DNA from: Selaginella moellendorffii
Taxonomy: Eukaryota > Plantae > Lycopodiophyta
Direction: 5' to 3'
DNA length: 64,000 nucleotides
Assembly: GCF_000143415.4 (NCBI RefSeq)
Contig: NW_003314297.1
Coordinates: 907,430-971,429 of the forward strand
A program made the position numbers and the translations under genes. Under the pieces are notes generated by a model that was not told where the DNA came from, did no database searches, and saw only the letters and a list, made by a program, of their open reading frames with translations. The number at the start of each line of letters is the position of its first letter. Position 1 is the stretch's first letter. Positions 49,341 through 60,270 of this stretch are shown one piece after another.

Positions 49341-50356
49341 GAAAGTCATTCAAGAATAAAAAGCAGGGATTGAAAATCTGGATGTACACTATACATACTT
49401 TGCCAATGAAAATACCATAGGCCAATCTTTGAAAATGGCTGTTTCTGTTTTAACAGTTTAGTACCATTAAACATAATTTCTATACCTGTTGCTAAGAAAA
49501 ACAATAGCAAGTAAATCTTCATGCAAGTTCCTGGATCCTGATGGAGGTGAGGGTCAAGTGCTTGTCAGCTTCACGGTTTATGACTTTGATTTGCAAGCAA
49601 CAAGAGCTCAGTAGCCAAAGCTTGTCATGAGCAACCATCTATCCATTTGCCATCATCAGCAGAAGACGCACAAAAAAAAACCGGAAGCCTATGCTCTGGC
49701 TGTTGTTGGCTCTTGCAAACTGGAGTTATTGGGAAGGGTAGAAACCTTGCAATTTAGTTCCGTGGCTAAAGTAGTAAAAGATTTTCACAATTTCAAGAAT
49801 TATTTCCATGTTATATTCATATTAATAATTTTTTGTGCAGTTTCTTTAATAAAAACGAAAAGAAGAAGTGTTAGTACATGTAATAAGGTTGATAGTGATT
49901 ATTTGAGCTTGGTAAGTTCCTCTTTTAACCTGGAAATGATGATCTTTTTTTATTTCTTATTTACTCGATCTTTTATGTTATACATTAACCCTTTCTATTT
50001 ATTTACTATATTATATTAATGAAATAAATAAAACTATCAAAATTTGGTAGTTTAACATTGTCAATTTTATGCCTTTTCTTTCAGACATGATTGCTTTTTC
50101 CATGATACATTTTATGGTGAAGTGAGAAAGTAATAAATAGGTAAAATAAGGGGATTTATGATGTATAATTATTTTTTTATGATACCATCATTTGGTTTGT
50201 GAAGTTTGGTACATTCTTCTTATCAGCAAAACTGGAAGCTTCCTGAAGAGTGTGTATGTTGTTTGCTATGGCGCTCAATCATCCACTCTATTGCACTTCA
50301 GCTCCATCACTATTTTACTCCAAGAAGACAATCGTCCATCTACATGCGCTATCGCT

Positions 50357-50430
50357 GCATCACCATTTTCCTCCAAGAAGACAGAAGTACACGGCATCAC
50401 CATTTTACTCCACGAAGACAGAAGTACACG
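50357..50430 (+). repeat. 37-bp tandem repeat x2, with a partial third copy at ~50305
   Basis: GCATCACCATTTT(C/A)CTCCA(A/C)GAAGACAGAAGTACACG. Confidence 0.85.
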
Positions 50431-50581
50431 CGACGAATATGGTACCCGCCAAAAGAAGCCTACGACAAAGGTTCATGGCTGGAGGTTCGCCAAACGACTT
50501 GGAGACAACGTCACAGACCTTCGTTCTTGGGCTTCAGCAATTTAAAGGAGGGGCTGTAGAGACCTGGAAAGCAAACGAACC

Positions 50582-52638
50582 ATGGAAGAGTTTAGAGAAT
50601 GGTTTGCTAGAATAGTACCACTACTACTCGTAATCTCGCTCACAACGGCGAATTACTTGCCTCGACATCATGGAAGTGTGCTCCTCGAAAATGGCCTGGG
50701 AAGAACACCACCAATGGGGTAAGTAAGTTTCGATTAGGAATAAGAATTGCTCCATGGTGTACCTCAGGTGGAATGATTTCAACCATTTCCATAACAAGAT
50801 CAATGAAACGATCGTTCGCGAGACGGGTATCTCCGCGTTAGAACGATCTCTTTTTTGTTTACCCCTTTACTTTGTGTAGTCGACGCTATCGTCTCAACTG
50901 GCCTGGCAGCGCTGGGTTACAACTACATCAACATTGGTAACGATATTAGAGATCAATCAGAGTGTCCTGGATTCTCTCATGAAAAAAAAAAACCTTGCAG
51001 ATGATGAATGGGCCGAACAAAGTCGAGACAAAGAGGTCTGACCAGATTACTCGCAGGCAAAAGAGCTAAAACTCTCCAAGAACTGCAGGGAAATCTTCAA
51101 CCACGCAAGGACAGGTTTCCATCCGGGATAAAAAATCTTGCAGACTACGTGCACTCCAAGAACCTGAAGTTTGGAATTTACTCGGATGCGGGGTACATAT
51201 GAGCTAAAGTCTCTCTTTCTCACTCTTAGTTTTTTATCTTGTAGGCGATTGACCTGTGCAAAAACTCAACCTGGATCACTAAACTTTGAGAACCAAGATG
51301 CAAAGACCTTCGCAGCATGGGTATGCCAGATGCTCAAGAAAAAAAGAAAAGGAGAAGGAATTGCTAATGGTTTTATCTATCTATCAGGGTGTAGACTTTC
51401 TAAAGTATGATAACTGTCACAACGATGGAGCCTCACCAAAAATCCGGTAACGTACCACAATGTTGTTGTTTTGTTGCTGCTCAATCCTTGCACATCCAGG
51501 TACCCGAAAATGCAAAAAGCCCTCCTCGCAACCGGTCGACCAATTTTCTACGCTCTCTGTGAATGGTACGCAAAAATAAAAATAAAAATAAATCTACAAC
51601 CCATGAGAGTTTTCCAAAGAAATCACGCGATCGAACCTTTCAGGGGCTACGAAGATCCGGCTCTCTGGGCTCCCGGCGTGGGAAATAGCTGGAGAACAAC
51701 GGGAGACATCAAAGACAATTGGCAATCGTAAGAAAGACCAACACTAGAAATGCTGACCTGATAGATACTTTCATTCCCCAGGATGATCGTGCGCGCGGAT
51801 CAGAACGACAAATGGGCGAAATACGCAGGGCCCGGCGGCTGGAATGGTAATAGATCGCGAAATTGTCACAAAGAGCAAGAGAAAAAAAAGAGAGGGAATC
51901 TGACATTGCGCGCTCGCATTTCTTTTTCTTGTTCTAGATCCCGACATGCTCGAGGTCGGCAATGGCGGCATGAGCTTGGAGGAGTACCGCGCACACTTCA
52001 GCCTCTGGGCGCTCATGAAGGTCCCGATCGATCGATCGAGAATGCCACCAACTTCTAACTCTCGTTTTGTTCCAGGCCCCATTGATCATTGGCTGCGATG
52101 TGCGCAATCTAAAGCAAGAGTATCTCGACATTCTCATGAACAAGGAGGTCATTGCTATCAACCAAGGTCTGAGAACCAAGAAATTCCTTCTCTTCTCTCT
52201 TCCATCGCTTACCAATATTTTTTTTTATTTTTTTTTTTGTTTCCAGATTCTATGGGAGTCCAAGGCAAAAGAGTCAGCAGGAAGGGCGCTCTAGAGGCAA
52301 GACTAGTAATGAAACTTCTATCGCGATTGTCTCAAAAGAATCGTCCAGGTATGGGGCGGACCTCTCTCGCAAGGTAAATTCGTGGCGCTGCTACTCAACC
52401 GAGGAGATTCCACCGCCAAGATCCGCGCGTACTGGGAACAAATCGGTGCAAAGCCCGGTTCTTCTGTCCAAGTGAGAGATGTTTGGGCGGTAAGTGGAAG
52501 ATTTTCATCCTAGAGTCTCTGGACATAGATTTTTCTTCTTTCCAGCACAAGGATTTGGGAGCTTTCTCGCAAGGCTACATTGAAGAGGCTGTGGACGCGC
52601 ACGCCATCAAAATGTACGTGGTGGTGCCAAAATCATAA
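50582..52638 (+). CDS. AGAL: Alpha-galactosidase (GH27), multi-exon, with signal peptide
   Basis: Motifs [42 protein letters not shown] (nucleophile), WRTTGDI (acid/base), [12 protein letters not shown] and EVWGGPL. Many short introns; stop TAA at 52636-52638. Confidence 0.95.
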
Positions 52639-52781
52639 TATTTGAAAGGGATCGAATATACTCTGCATTTCCCGCCAACTTACGTCACCTAATTCCGCCA
52701 AATTTAAATTGGAAGCATATGCATTTAGGGCAGCTTCTAAATTCCAGGGTTTGCGAGGGAGCCGACAGCATTCTCACAGCG

Positions 52782-54113
52782 ATGGGCGCCGGGAAGAACA
52801 AGCTGGAGGAGCTGCTAGAATCGTCCGGCGGCTGCGCGGTTCTCGATGGCGGATTGGCGACGCAGCTCGAGCACTGTGGCGCGGATCTTAATGATCCACT
52901 GTGGAGCGCGCTGTGCTTGATCACAAGGCCACAGCTGATCCAGAAGGTCTGGTCTGTTAGGAATCGTCGTCTTTGCGTGAAATTTTTCTCTCGTTGTGTC
53001 CAGGTTCATTGGGATTACCTGGAGGCAGGAGCGGACATACTCGTGTCGTCGTCTTATCAGGTTTGAGATTGGAAAAATAGTGTTTTCTTCGTTTTTTATT
53101 CGCAAAAGAGTTCTTTTGCTCGCACAGGCAACAGTCCAGGGATTTGTTTCCAAGGGCCTCTCCGAAAAGGAAGGAGAGGAGATGCTCAAGAAAAGCGTGG
53201 CGATCGCTTGTCAAGTGCGTGACAAGTTCTGGGACAAAGTCAAGCAGAACAACAGCTCGGGAGAGATTCGCTACAATCGAGCTTTGGTGGCGGCTTCTAT
53301 TGGGAGCTATGGAGCTTACCTCGCAGATGGCTCCGAGTACAGGTATCAAAACTCTCGAAGTAATTCTCTCGGTTTGATCAAACTTCTTTTCGTTTCGCAG
53401 TGGCCAGTATGGCCCGGAGATGATGAACGTAGCCAAGCTGAAAGGATTCCATCGCAGGCGCTTACAAATTCTCGCTTCTTCTGGAGCAGATTTGCTAGCA
53501 ATCGAAACGATTCCATGCCAAGTCGAGGCCCAGGTTTGCCTGTTGAGTGTTTTTTTCTTGCCATAGCTCAGGAATTTTTCCAGGCACTGGTGGAGCTTTT
53601 GGAAGAAGAAGATATCCAGATTCCCAGTTGGATATCTTTCAACTCTAAAGACGGTGCCAACGTCGTGAGCGGCGATCCATTAAGCGAATGCGTCGCTCTG
53701 GCAGCCAAAAGCGCCAAAGTGGCCGCCGTCGGTATAAACTGCACGCCTCCTCGATTCATACACGGCCTCGTCTCCACTGCTCGGAAGGTATTCCAACTCT
53801 TGAACTTCTATAAGCTTTCGATGCGATCAAACCAAACAGGTGACGGACAAACCGATAGTCGTCTATCCAAACAGTGGAGAAACGTTTGATCCCGACGCCA
53901 AGCAATGGATCGTAAGTTTTCCAGTTCTTCTCGCAGCTCTTTTGAACTTCTCTTTCGTCTTTCCAGCCGGCTACCGGAGTCTCGGACGTGGACTTTGTGT
54001 CATACGTCGGAGAGTGGAAAAAGGCCGGAGCTTCACTCATCGGAGGCTGCTGCCGGACAACTCCAGCGACAATCCGAGCCATCAAGAAGTCGCTGCAAGT
54101 AAGCCTGATTTGA
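52782..54113 (+). CDS. HMT: Homocysteine S-methyltransferase; exons 52782-52946, 53004-53060, 53128-53342, 53401-53533, 53584-53787, 53840-53911, 53967-54113
   Basis: Motifs VLDGGLATQLE, LWSA, ASIGSYGAYLADGSEY, AIETIP, VGINC, VVYPNSGE and IGGCCRTTP. The last few codons are uncertain because of a possible donor at 54099. Confidence 0.95.
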
Positions 54114-54315
54114 GCATAAGTACCAGTTTTGAGAGGCTGAAAGAGAAAGGTAAGTGTGTGACGAATTAGTATTACACTGGCAACGTATGGCAACGTAACA
54201 TCAAAGCCTATGAAGAAGCCCGGACCGTATATCTGTGTTTTGGAGCTGCGTCTATCAAAGCAGCAACGTTTATCACTTGGTGGCGGAGAAAAAAAAGTGA
54301 AAAGAATACCTCGAA

Positions 54316-55482
54316 CTATTTCCCGGGTGTGAGAAGAACCTCGGGCTTCTTCGGCTTGGAAGGCGTCGAATTCGTAGACGCCGAGGCAACCGCAGTGGCA
54401 GCAGCCAGCGACGCGGCTCTTGCAGCCTCGTCCAGCCGTAGCAAGCCCCGAGTTGGAAGAATCGCCTCGGGTATGATCTCGTGCGTGGCCCGCGCGTAGA
54501 GAGCTCGGGCGGCGGCGCCGGCGGAGTCTCTCGTCTCCGGGGACGAGCTCGGGCCCAACAGGCAGTGTCCCAGGATCTTTAGAATCGGCTGGAAGAGCTC
54601 CCACGGCAGCGGTATTCTCAAAGTTCGCTCTTTGTGATCGCCATCCTCGTCCTCGTCGTCGTCGAAGCTCTGGCGTGAGACGAAGATGCTGGTCGACGAC
54701 GAAGGACCCACTGTGGTGACGTGCCCCGTGAGAGTCACGTCCGGCCCGGGAGCGATGGCCTGGAGCAGCGCGAGCTTGGCCACCTCGTCCACCCTCTCGG
54801 CCCAGGAGCAGCCCCGCATCGCCCACTCCCGGATCGCGCAGCAAAGCTCGAGCTTGGATCTGTCCGGCATCGCTGCGATCTTCCGGTGGAAGAGGTCCAG
54901 CGCCACCCCGACGATCGCAGCCCTCTTGGTCGTCTTGACGGCCTCTTGTGGCTGCAAGGACGGGGAATAGTACCCGGCCTTGATCTCGGTGGCCGAGCTG
55001 GAAGGAACTCTTGGCGTGTGATAGAGACTGGGCTGCGAGAGATTGGGAATCGTCACGAGAATTCCCTTCCCCTGGCGGATCTTGTGCTCGGACGAGTAGA
55101 GCGCGAGGAGCACGGCCTCGAATCCTGAGAGTGACTGTCCGGGCTTGCTGGCCGCGCGGGGGAGGTACGCGTTGCAAATCGCCGGCACGAAGCGCACCAC
55201 CACGCTCTGGAGCTCCGGATCGCCCGAGTGGTATGTCTCGTACATCCACTGGCAGAGCTCATCGTCCCCTTTCCCTGCCCCCGGCGAAGATAGCTTGGAG
55301 ATCACCACGTCCGCCACGGCCGAGTCGCCAAGAAGATCCCGCGCCGGGGTCTCCGAGGCCCGCAGCGGCTCCAGCGAAGGAAATCCGCCGAGAATGGCCG
55401 ACAATGCGTCGATCCGAGCTCGAGCTTGAGTGATCTCGCTCCACCATGACTGAGATTCCTGCTGCTGCTGATGCTCTTGCAT
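54316..55482 (-). CDS. Hyccin/FAM126 family protein (PI4K-alpha complex subunit)
   Basis: 388-aa ORF with LCQWMYETYHSGDPEL..VVVRFVP, GFEAVLLALY, IPNLSQPSLYH and RIPLPWELFQPILKILGHCLLGP. Confidence 0.88.
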   Translation of the reverse strand: MQEHQQQQESQSWWSEITQARARIDALSAILGGFPSLEPLRASETPARDLLGDSAVADVVISKLSSPGAGKGDDELCQWMYETYHSGDPELQSVVVRFVPAICNAYLPRAASKPGQSLSGFEAVLLALYSSEHKIRQGKGILVTIPNLSQPSLYHTPRVPSSSATEIKAGYYSPSLQPQEAVKTTKRAAIVGVALDLFHRKIAAMPDRSKLELCCAIREWAMRGCSWAERVDEVAKLALLQAIAPGPDVTLTGHVTTVGPSSSTSIFVSRQSFDDDEDEDGDHKERTLRIPLPWELFQPILKILGHCLLGPSSSPETRDSAGAAARALYARATHEIIPEAILPTRGLLRLDEAARAASLAAATAVASASTNSTPSKPKKPEVLLTPGK

Positions 55483-56606
55483 CTTCTTTACCTGAAATTT
55501 CGCGGCTAGCGCCTCGATCCGCTCGATCTCTCCTCCATCGTGCCGCGGGAGACGAAGAGAAATAAAAACCCTAATCTTCTGTTAAGCCCTAAATTCCCGG
55601 AAGACAAGAACCCTACCTTGTTTTGCTCGATCCGATGCGCTACTGCTACGAATCGCAGCAGTCGGAGCTCGTATCGGTGCATAGGATCTCCCGGAGGCAA
55701 TGCAAGGGATTTGCGAGCGAGGCGGCGCGGCTTCTTCCATGGCTGCTGCTCGTGATCTCTGCGGCATTTCACTTGGTGGTCGGTATTCCAGGGAGAAATT
55801 TTGAGAATGCTAGGCTTCTTCTCTTCATTCCAGGAATTGCGTAGCCTTGCGCTGCTCCTTGCTACTTCTTCCACAGGATTGATCCTCCGGCGCCGGTTTC
55901 TCGTCACGGAAGGTATGAATTGGAATTGCTCGTTTGGATTGAATGTTTCCTCGCGTAAATTCCAGAGGCTGTGGTGCTCATGCCGACGCTGGGAATCCAG
56001 CTCCAAACGAAATACACAAGGTTTGCCACAAAGATTTCTCCTCCTCCTTCTCTTTGTTCTTAAGACCGCCACAGTGGGAAGGCTCGCTATAGCTTCATAC
56101 CAATGCAAAAGCTCTTGGCCGCGGTGATCAACGAGGCAGTGACGCCATTTTCGTGCTACTTCTACCTGGCATTGGTACTCCACCAGGAGCCCGCGCTCAC
56201 GCTCGTCTTCGAGGTAGATTTTTCCACTCTTTTGATCTAGGCAGCGAGTGATCTTGGTTCTTGGTTGCTTTGATCCAAGCATTTCAGGCCTCCACTGGCG
56301 ATGCTACGCCCCATCTGGAGTGATCTAACGCACGAAATCGAGCAATCTAAATCATGAAATGGTAGTGGGAATGATTAAATAACGTTTAGTGTCGTTAAAT
56401 GGTCAAAATGGGTCAACGAATCTATGACCGAGTCAACATAGCTTTGGTTGGGAGGTTCTTTCCAGATAGGAGTGAGAAATGTAGGTAGAATGGCGGCATT
56501 GTAAGGAGCGCAACGATGACTAGCTAGCTAACGAGAGACTTCTATACATATTCCCTCCATCCCATCCATCTCGATCCATTCCTCCAGTTCTAAGCTCTTT
56601 GGATCC

Positions 56607-58672
56607 ATGGCGGAGGAGGACGAATGGTCGCGCAAGGCAGGGCGGGAGACTAGAGGCGGCTGGATCTGGTGGCTGGTGGCGATCGTCGTCGCGGCAATCG
56701 CCATTGGCTCCATCGTAGGGATCTTTGTTGCGCAGCATCGCAAGGCGGGCGGGCGCAATGGCGGCGGCAATGCCGCTCCGTCCTATCCGGCGTTGCAGCC
56801 GCTCGGATCCGTGGAGCGCTTCTCCAAGCCCTTGGAGCTCGCCATGCGATTCTTGGATGCGCAGAAATGTGAGTAGCGCGATCCCTCTTTCCTTCTCGAT
56901 TCTCTCGATTTTTCACTAGAATCTCCAAGATCGATCGATCTTGCTCTGATATTTCGAAAGATCTAGGCTCTCTTCCCTCTCCATCTAGATCTCCCCTGGA
57001 TCTTGCTCCAATATGTCCAAGATCTAGGCTCCCAAGATCTAGCCGCTCATCAATGCTCGATATTTCGCAGCCGGGAAGCTCCCCAAGGACAATCCCATTC
57101 CATGGCGCGGCGATTCGGCGCTGCTCGACGGCAAGGACGTGGGCCTGGATCTCAGCAAGGGGATGTTCGATGCCGGAGACAACGTCAAGTTTGGATTCCC
57201 CATGGCCTTCACCGCCACGATCCTGGCATGGAGCATCCTCGAGTATCGATCCGGCTACAACGCCTCGGGCCAGCTCCAATCCGCGCTGGAATCCCTCCAG
57301 TGGCTCACGGACTACTTCGTCGCCGCGCATCCCTCCAAGAACGAGCTCTTCTTCCAGGTGGGCAGCCCCTCGAGCGATCACGTCTGCTGGGAGAAGCCCG
57401 AGACCATGGACACGCCGCGGCCGTGCCTGAGCGTCAACACCTCCAAGCCCGGCAGCGATGTGGCGGCTGAGACCTCGGCCGCCATGGCCGCCTCCTCGCT
57501 CGTCTTCCGGAGTGACAACTCTTCCTACGCAGACGAGCTGCTGGGCCACGCCAAGGATCTCTTCTCCTTCGCGGATGGCTTCCGGGGATCTTACACCCGG
57601 AGCTTCGTCAAGGATCAGCAGTTCTACAACTCCACCGGCTATGGCGACGAGCTTCTCTGGGCGGCGGCGTGGCTGTATCACGCCACTGGAGAGGAAGAGT
57701 TTCTGGAGTACGCTACTACGGGGAAAGAAGCTTCTCCCAATGCTGGATGGGGGAAAGCTCCTGCGTGGTTTAGCTGGGACGACAAGGTGGCTGGCTTGCA
57801 AGTAAGTGAAGAACTAAGGAATTGTTTTCTTCTTCTAGCACGTCCAAGTTCTTCTAAGTATCGATTTCTTTTCGCAGGTGTTGTTGGCAAGGAAGCATAT
57901 CTTCCAGCCGCAAGAAGCAAACACCAAAGTTGGCGCGGCGCTAGATAAGTACAAATCCACTGCTGACGAGCTCGTCTGTGCGCTGCTTCCGGATTCACCA
58001 ACAACGAGTACCAACCGAACAAGAGGTACGACACTCTACCTCAGCATCGCTATCAGAGAGTTCTTTTTAGTTCTCTTGTTCACCGTTGTCTTGTTGTGGA
58101 TGAATTCCAGCCGGAATGATCTGGGTGAGCCAGTGGAACTCGATTCAGCACGCAGTTAACTCGGCATTTCTGTCCTGCCTCTACGCGGATTACCTCTCCA
58201 GCGCTGGAATCACAACCTTGAGCTGTTCCGGGAAGATCTTCGAGGTGGAACATCTTCGCGAGCTCGCCGGCTTCCAGGTAAAACAATACATTCTATTGAG
58301 TTTGCTGACGTTGTTTATCTACAGGCCGACTATATTCTCGGCAAGAATCCAATGGGAATGAGCTACGTTGTTGGATATGGCAAGAAATACCCGCTGAGAC
58401 TACACCACAGGGCAGCATCCATACCTTCGACCTTGAGCGAGGTGGAGTGCAAGGAAGGTTTCCAATACTTGCACACATCAACTCCGAATCCAAACATTGC
58501 CGAGGGAGCGCTCGTCGGTGGGCCTTTCCAGAACGATAGCTTCGTGGACGACAGGGACAACTCCATGCAAAACGAGGCCACGAGTTACAACTCTGCGGGT
58601 CTCGCAGCGCTCATGGCTTCTCTCTTCGCCGCTGCTCCAAAGCTTCCTTCGCAGCTCCTCACAGCACAGTGA
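56607..58672 (+). CDS. GH9 endo-1,4-beta-glucanase with N-terminal membrane anchor; exons 56607-56868, 57071-57801, 57878-58025, 58111-58277, 58325-58672
   Basis: TM segment WIWWLVAIVVAAIAIGSIVGIFV; motifs DAQKSGKLP, GMFDAGDNVKF, DELLWAAAWLY, HHRAASIP and FVDDRDN...NEA. Confidence 0.95.
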
Positions 58673-58866
58673 TGCAGGTATGCACGATCTCCTTGACGGT
58701 TCTGACGCTCGTTCGTTCCTTGCAGCGCGATCGAAAATTTTGGCTCGTTCACAATGATTTATAGGTACCTCTTTTGTTTGTATACCGTATGATTCTTATG
58801 TATATATCTTATGGTTATTTCACGATCACGGCGAGGTGTTTGCCATCTTCGTATCAGACAGCTTGT

Positions 58867-60039
58867 TTAGCGCCGCCTGCCAGAGCTTCCCGAGGATTGG
58901 GATTTCCCCTTGTCAACAACGATCACCACCCTCCGTGACAAGGTCTGTATATCCTTCTCAATCTGGCCCAAATGCTCCTCGTACCTGATCCAACAGATCC
59001 ATAGTAAATGGTCAAGTAAACTAGGATCATGGCTAGGAAGGAATAAGGTGGTGATGATAGGCACCTCTCCTTCCGTTTCTTCTTGGCCGGAGTGTCCAGC
59101 GAGAATGGCAACTTCTGGTACTCCTCGTTCACCTGTTGCCACTTCTCTTTGAGCAGTATGATCAGCTCGCGCTTCTCCGCCTCGTCCAGCCTGAAAGAGC
59201 CGAGATAGCTCGATCAAACCGACGCTTGAAACATCTGGGACGGTGGAACTTACTTGCGGGAGTTTGGATGCAGGCCACCAAGTTGCTCCAGCCGGATAGC
59301 AGCTTGCATTTTCTCGCGCAGTTCCACACTCGCATTATTGAACTTGACGAGATACTCCGGAACTTTGCCATAGTCCGACTTGTCAACGTAGAACTTCACC
59401 GGTTTGGGCAGTTTCTTGGGTGCTACAAGCATGGCTGTCTCAGAACTTGTAAAACTTGCTGCCAGTTGGCGAACTTACTGGAATGAATCATCTCCACAGC
59501 GTTGTCATGCACGTAATTCTTCCCACTGTTCAATCCCATTTTCTGTAAAGCGTGAAGAATATGATCTTGGATCGAAAAAACAAACAATCACACGGAAAAG
59601 TTGCCTTACGAGTTATGGTGAGACATGGAATCAAACCGGTTTTTCATGTGGAATGGGCGGCCTTTCCTTCGACTTGTAGCAGCAAGCTACTTTGGGTTCT
59701 GAAAAAAGAAGAATTTTTTTTTTTTAAAAAAAAAAGAACAAAGAACAGAAAAAAGGCTCACTTTTCTTATAATGTTGGCTTGAATGCTTCTTGAGAAATC
59801 TCTCCGTGTGAGGCTTGCGAGATCCCAGCGGTCGACCGAAAGTTGCCGCTGGTCTAATTTCATCGCGGCGAGTCAAGAAATTATCCGTATCCTCGTCATA
59901 CTGAGAGAGGAGGCAAGACAAATCAAGGCCAGGATTGAATGAGAGAAAGGCTTACATTTGCTTTAGGGATGGGTGGCCTCTGGCGCACTGGCACGATAGG
60001 CGGGATGAGCTTGTAAATGCTCTCCTGGTTCTCGATCAT
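58867..60039 (-). CDS. ENKUR: Enkurin-like axonemal protein, multi-exon (internal exon borders approximate)
   Basis: N-terminus ESIYKLIP; DYGKVPEYL; C-terminus YQKLPFSLDTPAKKKRKE...LGQIEKDIQTLSRRVVIV. Confidence 0.8.
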
Positions 60040-60122
60040 CTCCAGCGATCCGCTGCCCTAACTCACGAAATGTGCCTCTTAAGAAATTAGGGCTCCTAAG
60101 GTCACAAAAGAGAAAAAAGATC

Positions 60123-60203
60123 TGTTGACAGTGGGATTCGAACCCACGCCCTTGCGGACCAGAACCTTAATCTGGCGCCTTAGACCAACTCGGCCATGTC
60201 AAC
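60123..60203 (-). tRNA. tRNA-Leu(AAG)
   Basis: GTTGACATGGCCGAGTTGGTCTAAGGCGCCAGATTAAGGTTCTGG...GTGGGTTCGAATCCCACTGTCAACA forms a full cloverleaf with a long variable arm, followed by an oligo-T terminator. Confidence 0.98.
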
Positions 60204-60270
60204 CACGCTGATATCTTGCTAAGTTCCACCAATTCATGCGAATCTCTACACTTAAAAACGACTCCAAGAA

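Noticed and set aside
53756-55249. 497-aa minus-strand ORF, and other long antisense ORFs such as 56650-57801 and 61003-61935
   Set aside because: These are alternative-frame shadows of GC-rich real genes (hyccin, GH9, PPR).
55506-56282. 258-aa ORF with CLDQKSGKIY, faintly like a plant WW domain
   Set aside because: It lacks the Trp residues and any other motif. It lies upstream of hyccin, where a splice acceptor near 55492 suggests 5' UTR or intron sequence.
50582-58672. Metabolic gene cluster (GH27, HMT, GH9)
   Set aside because: The enzymes share no pathway; adjacency is explained by genome compaction.
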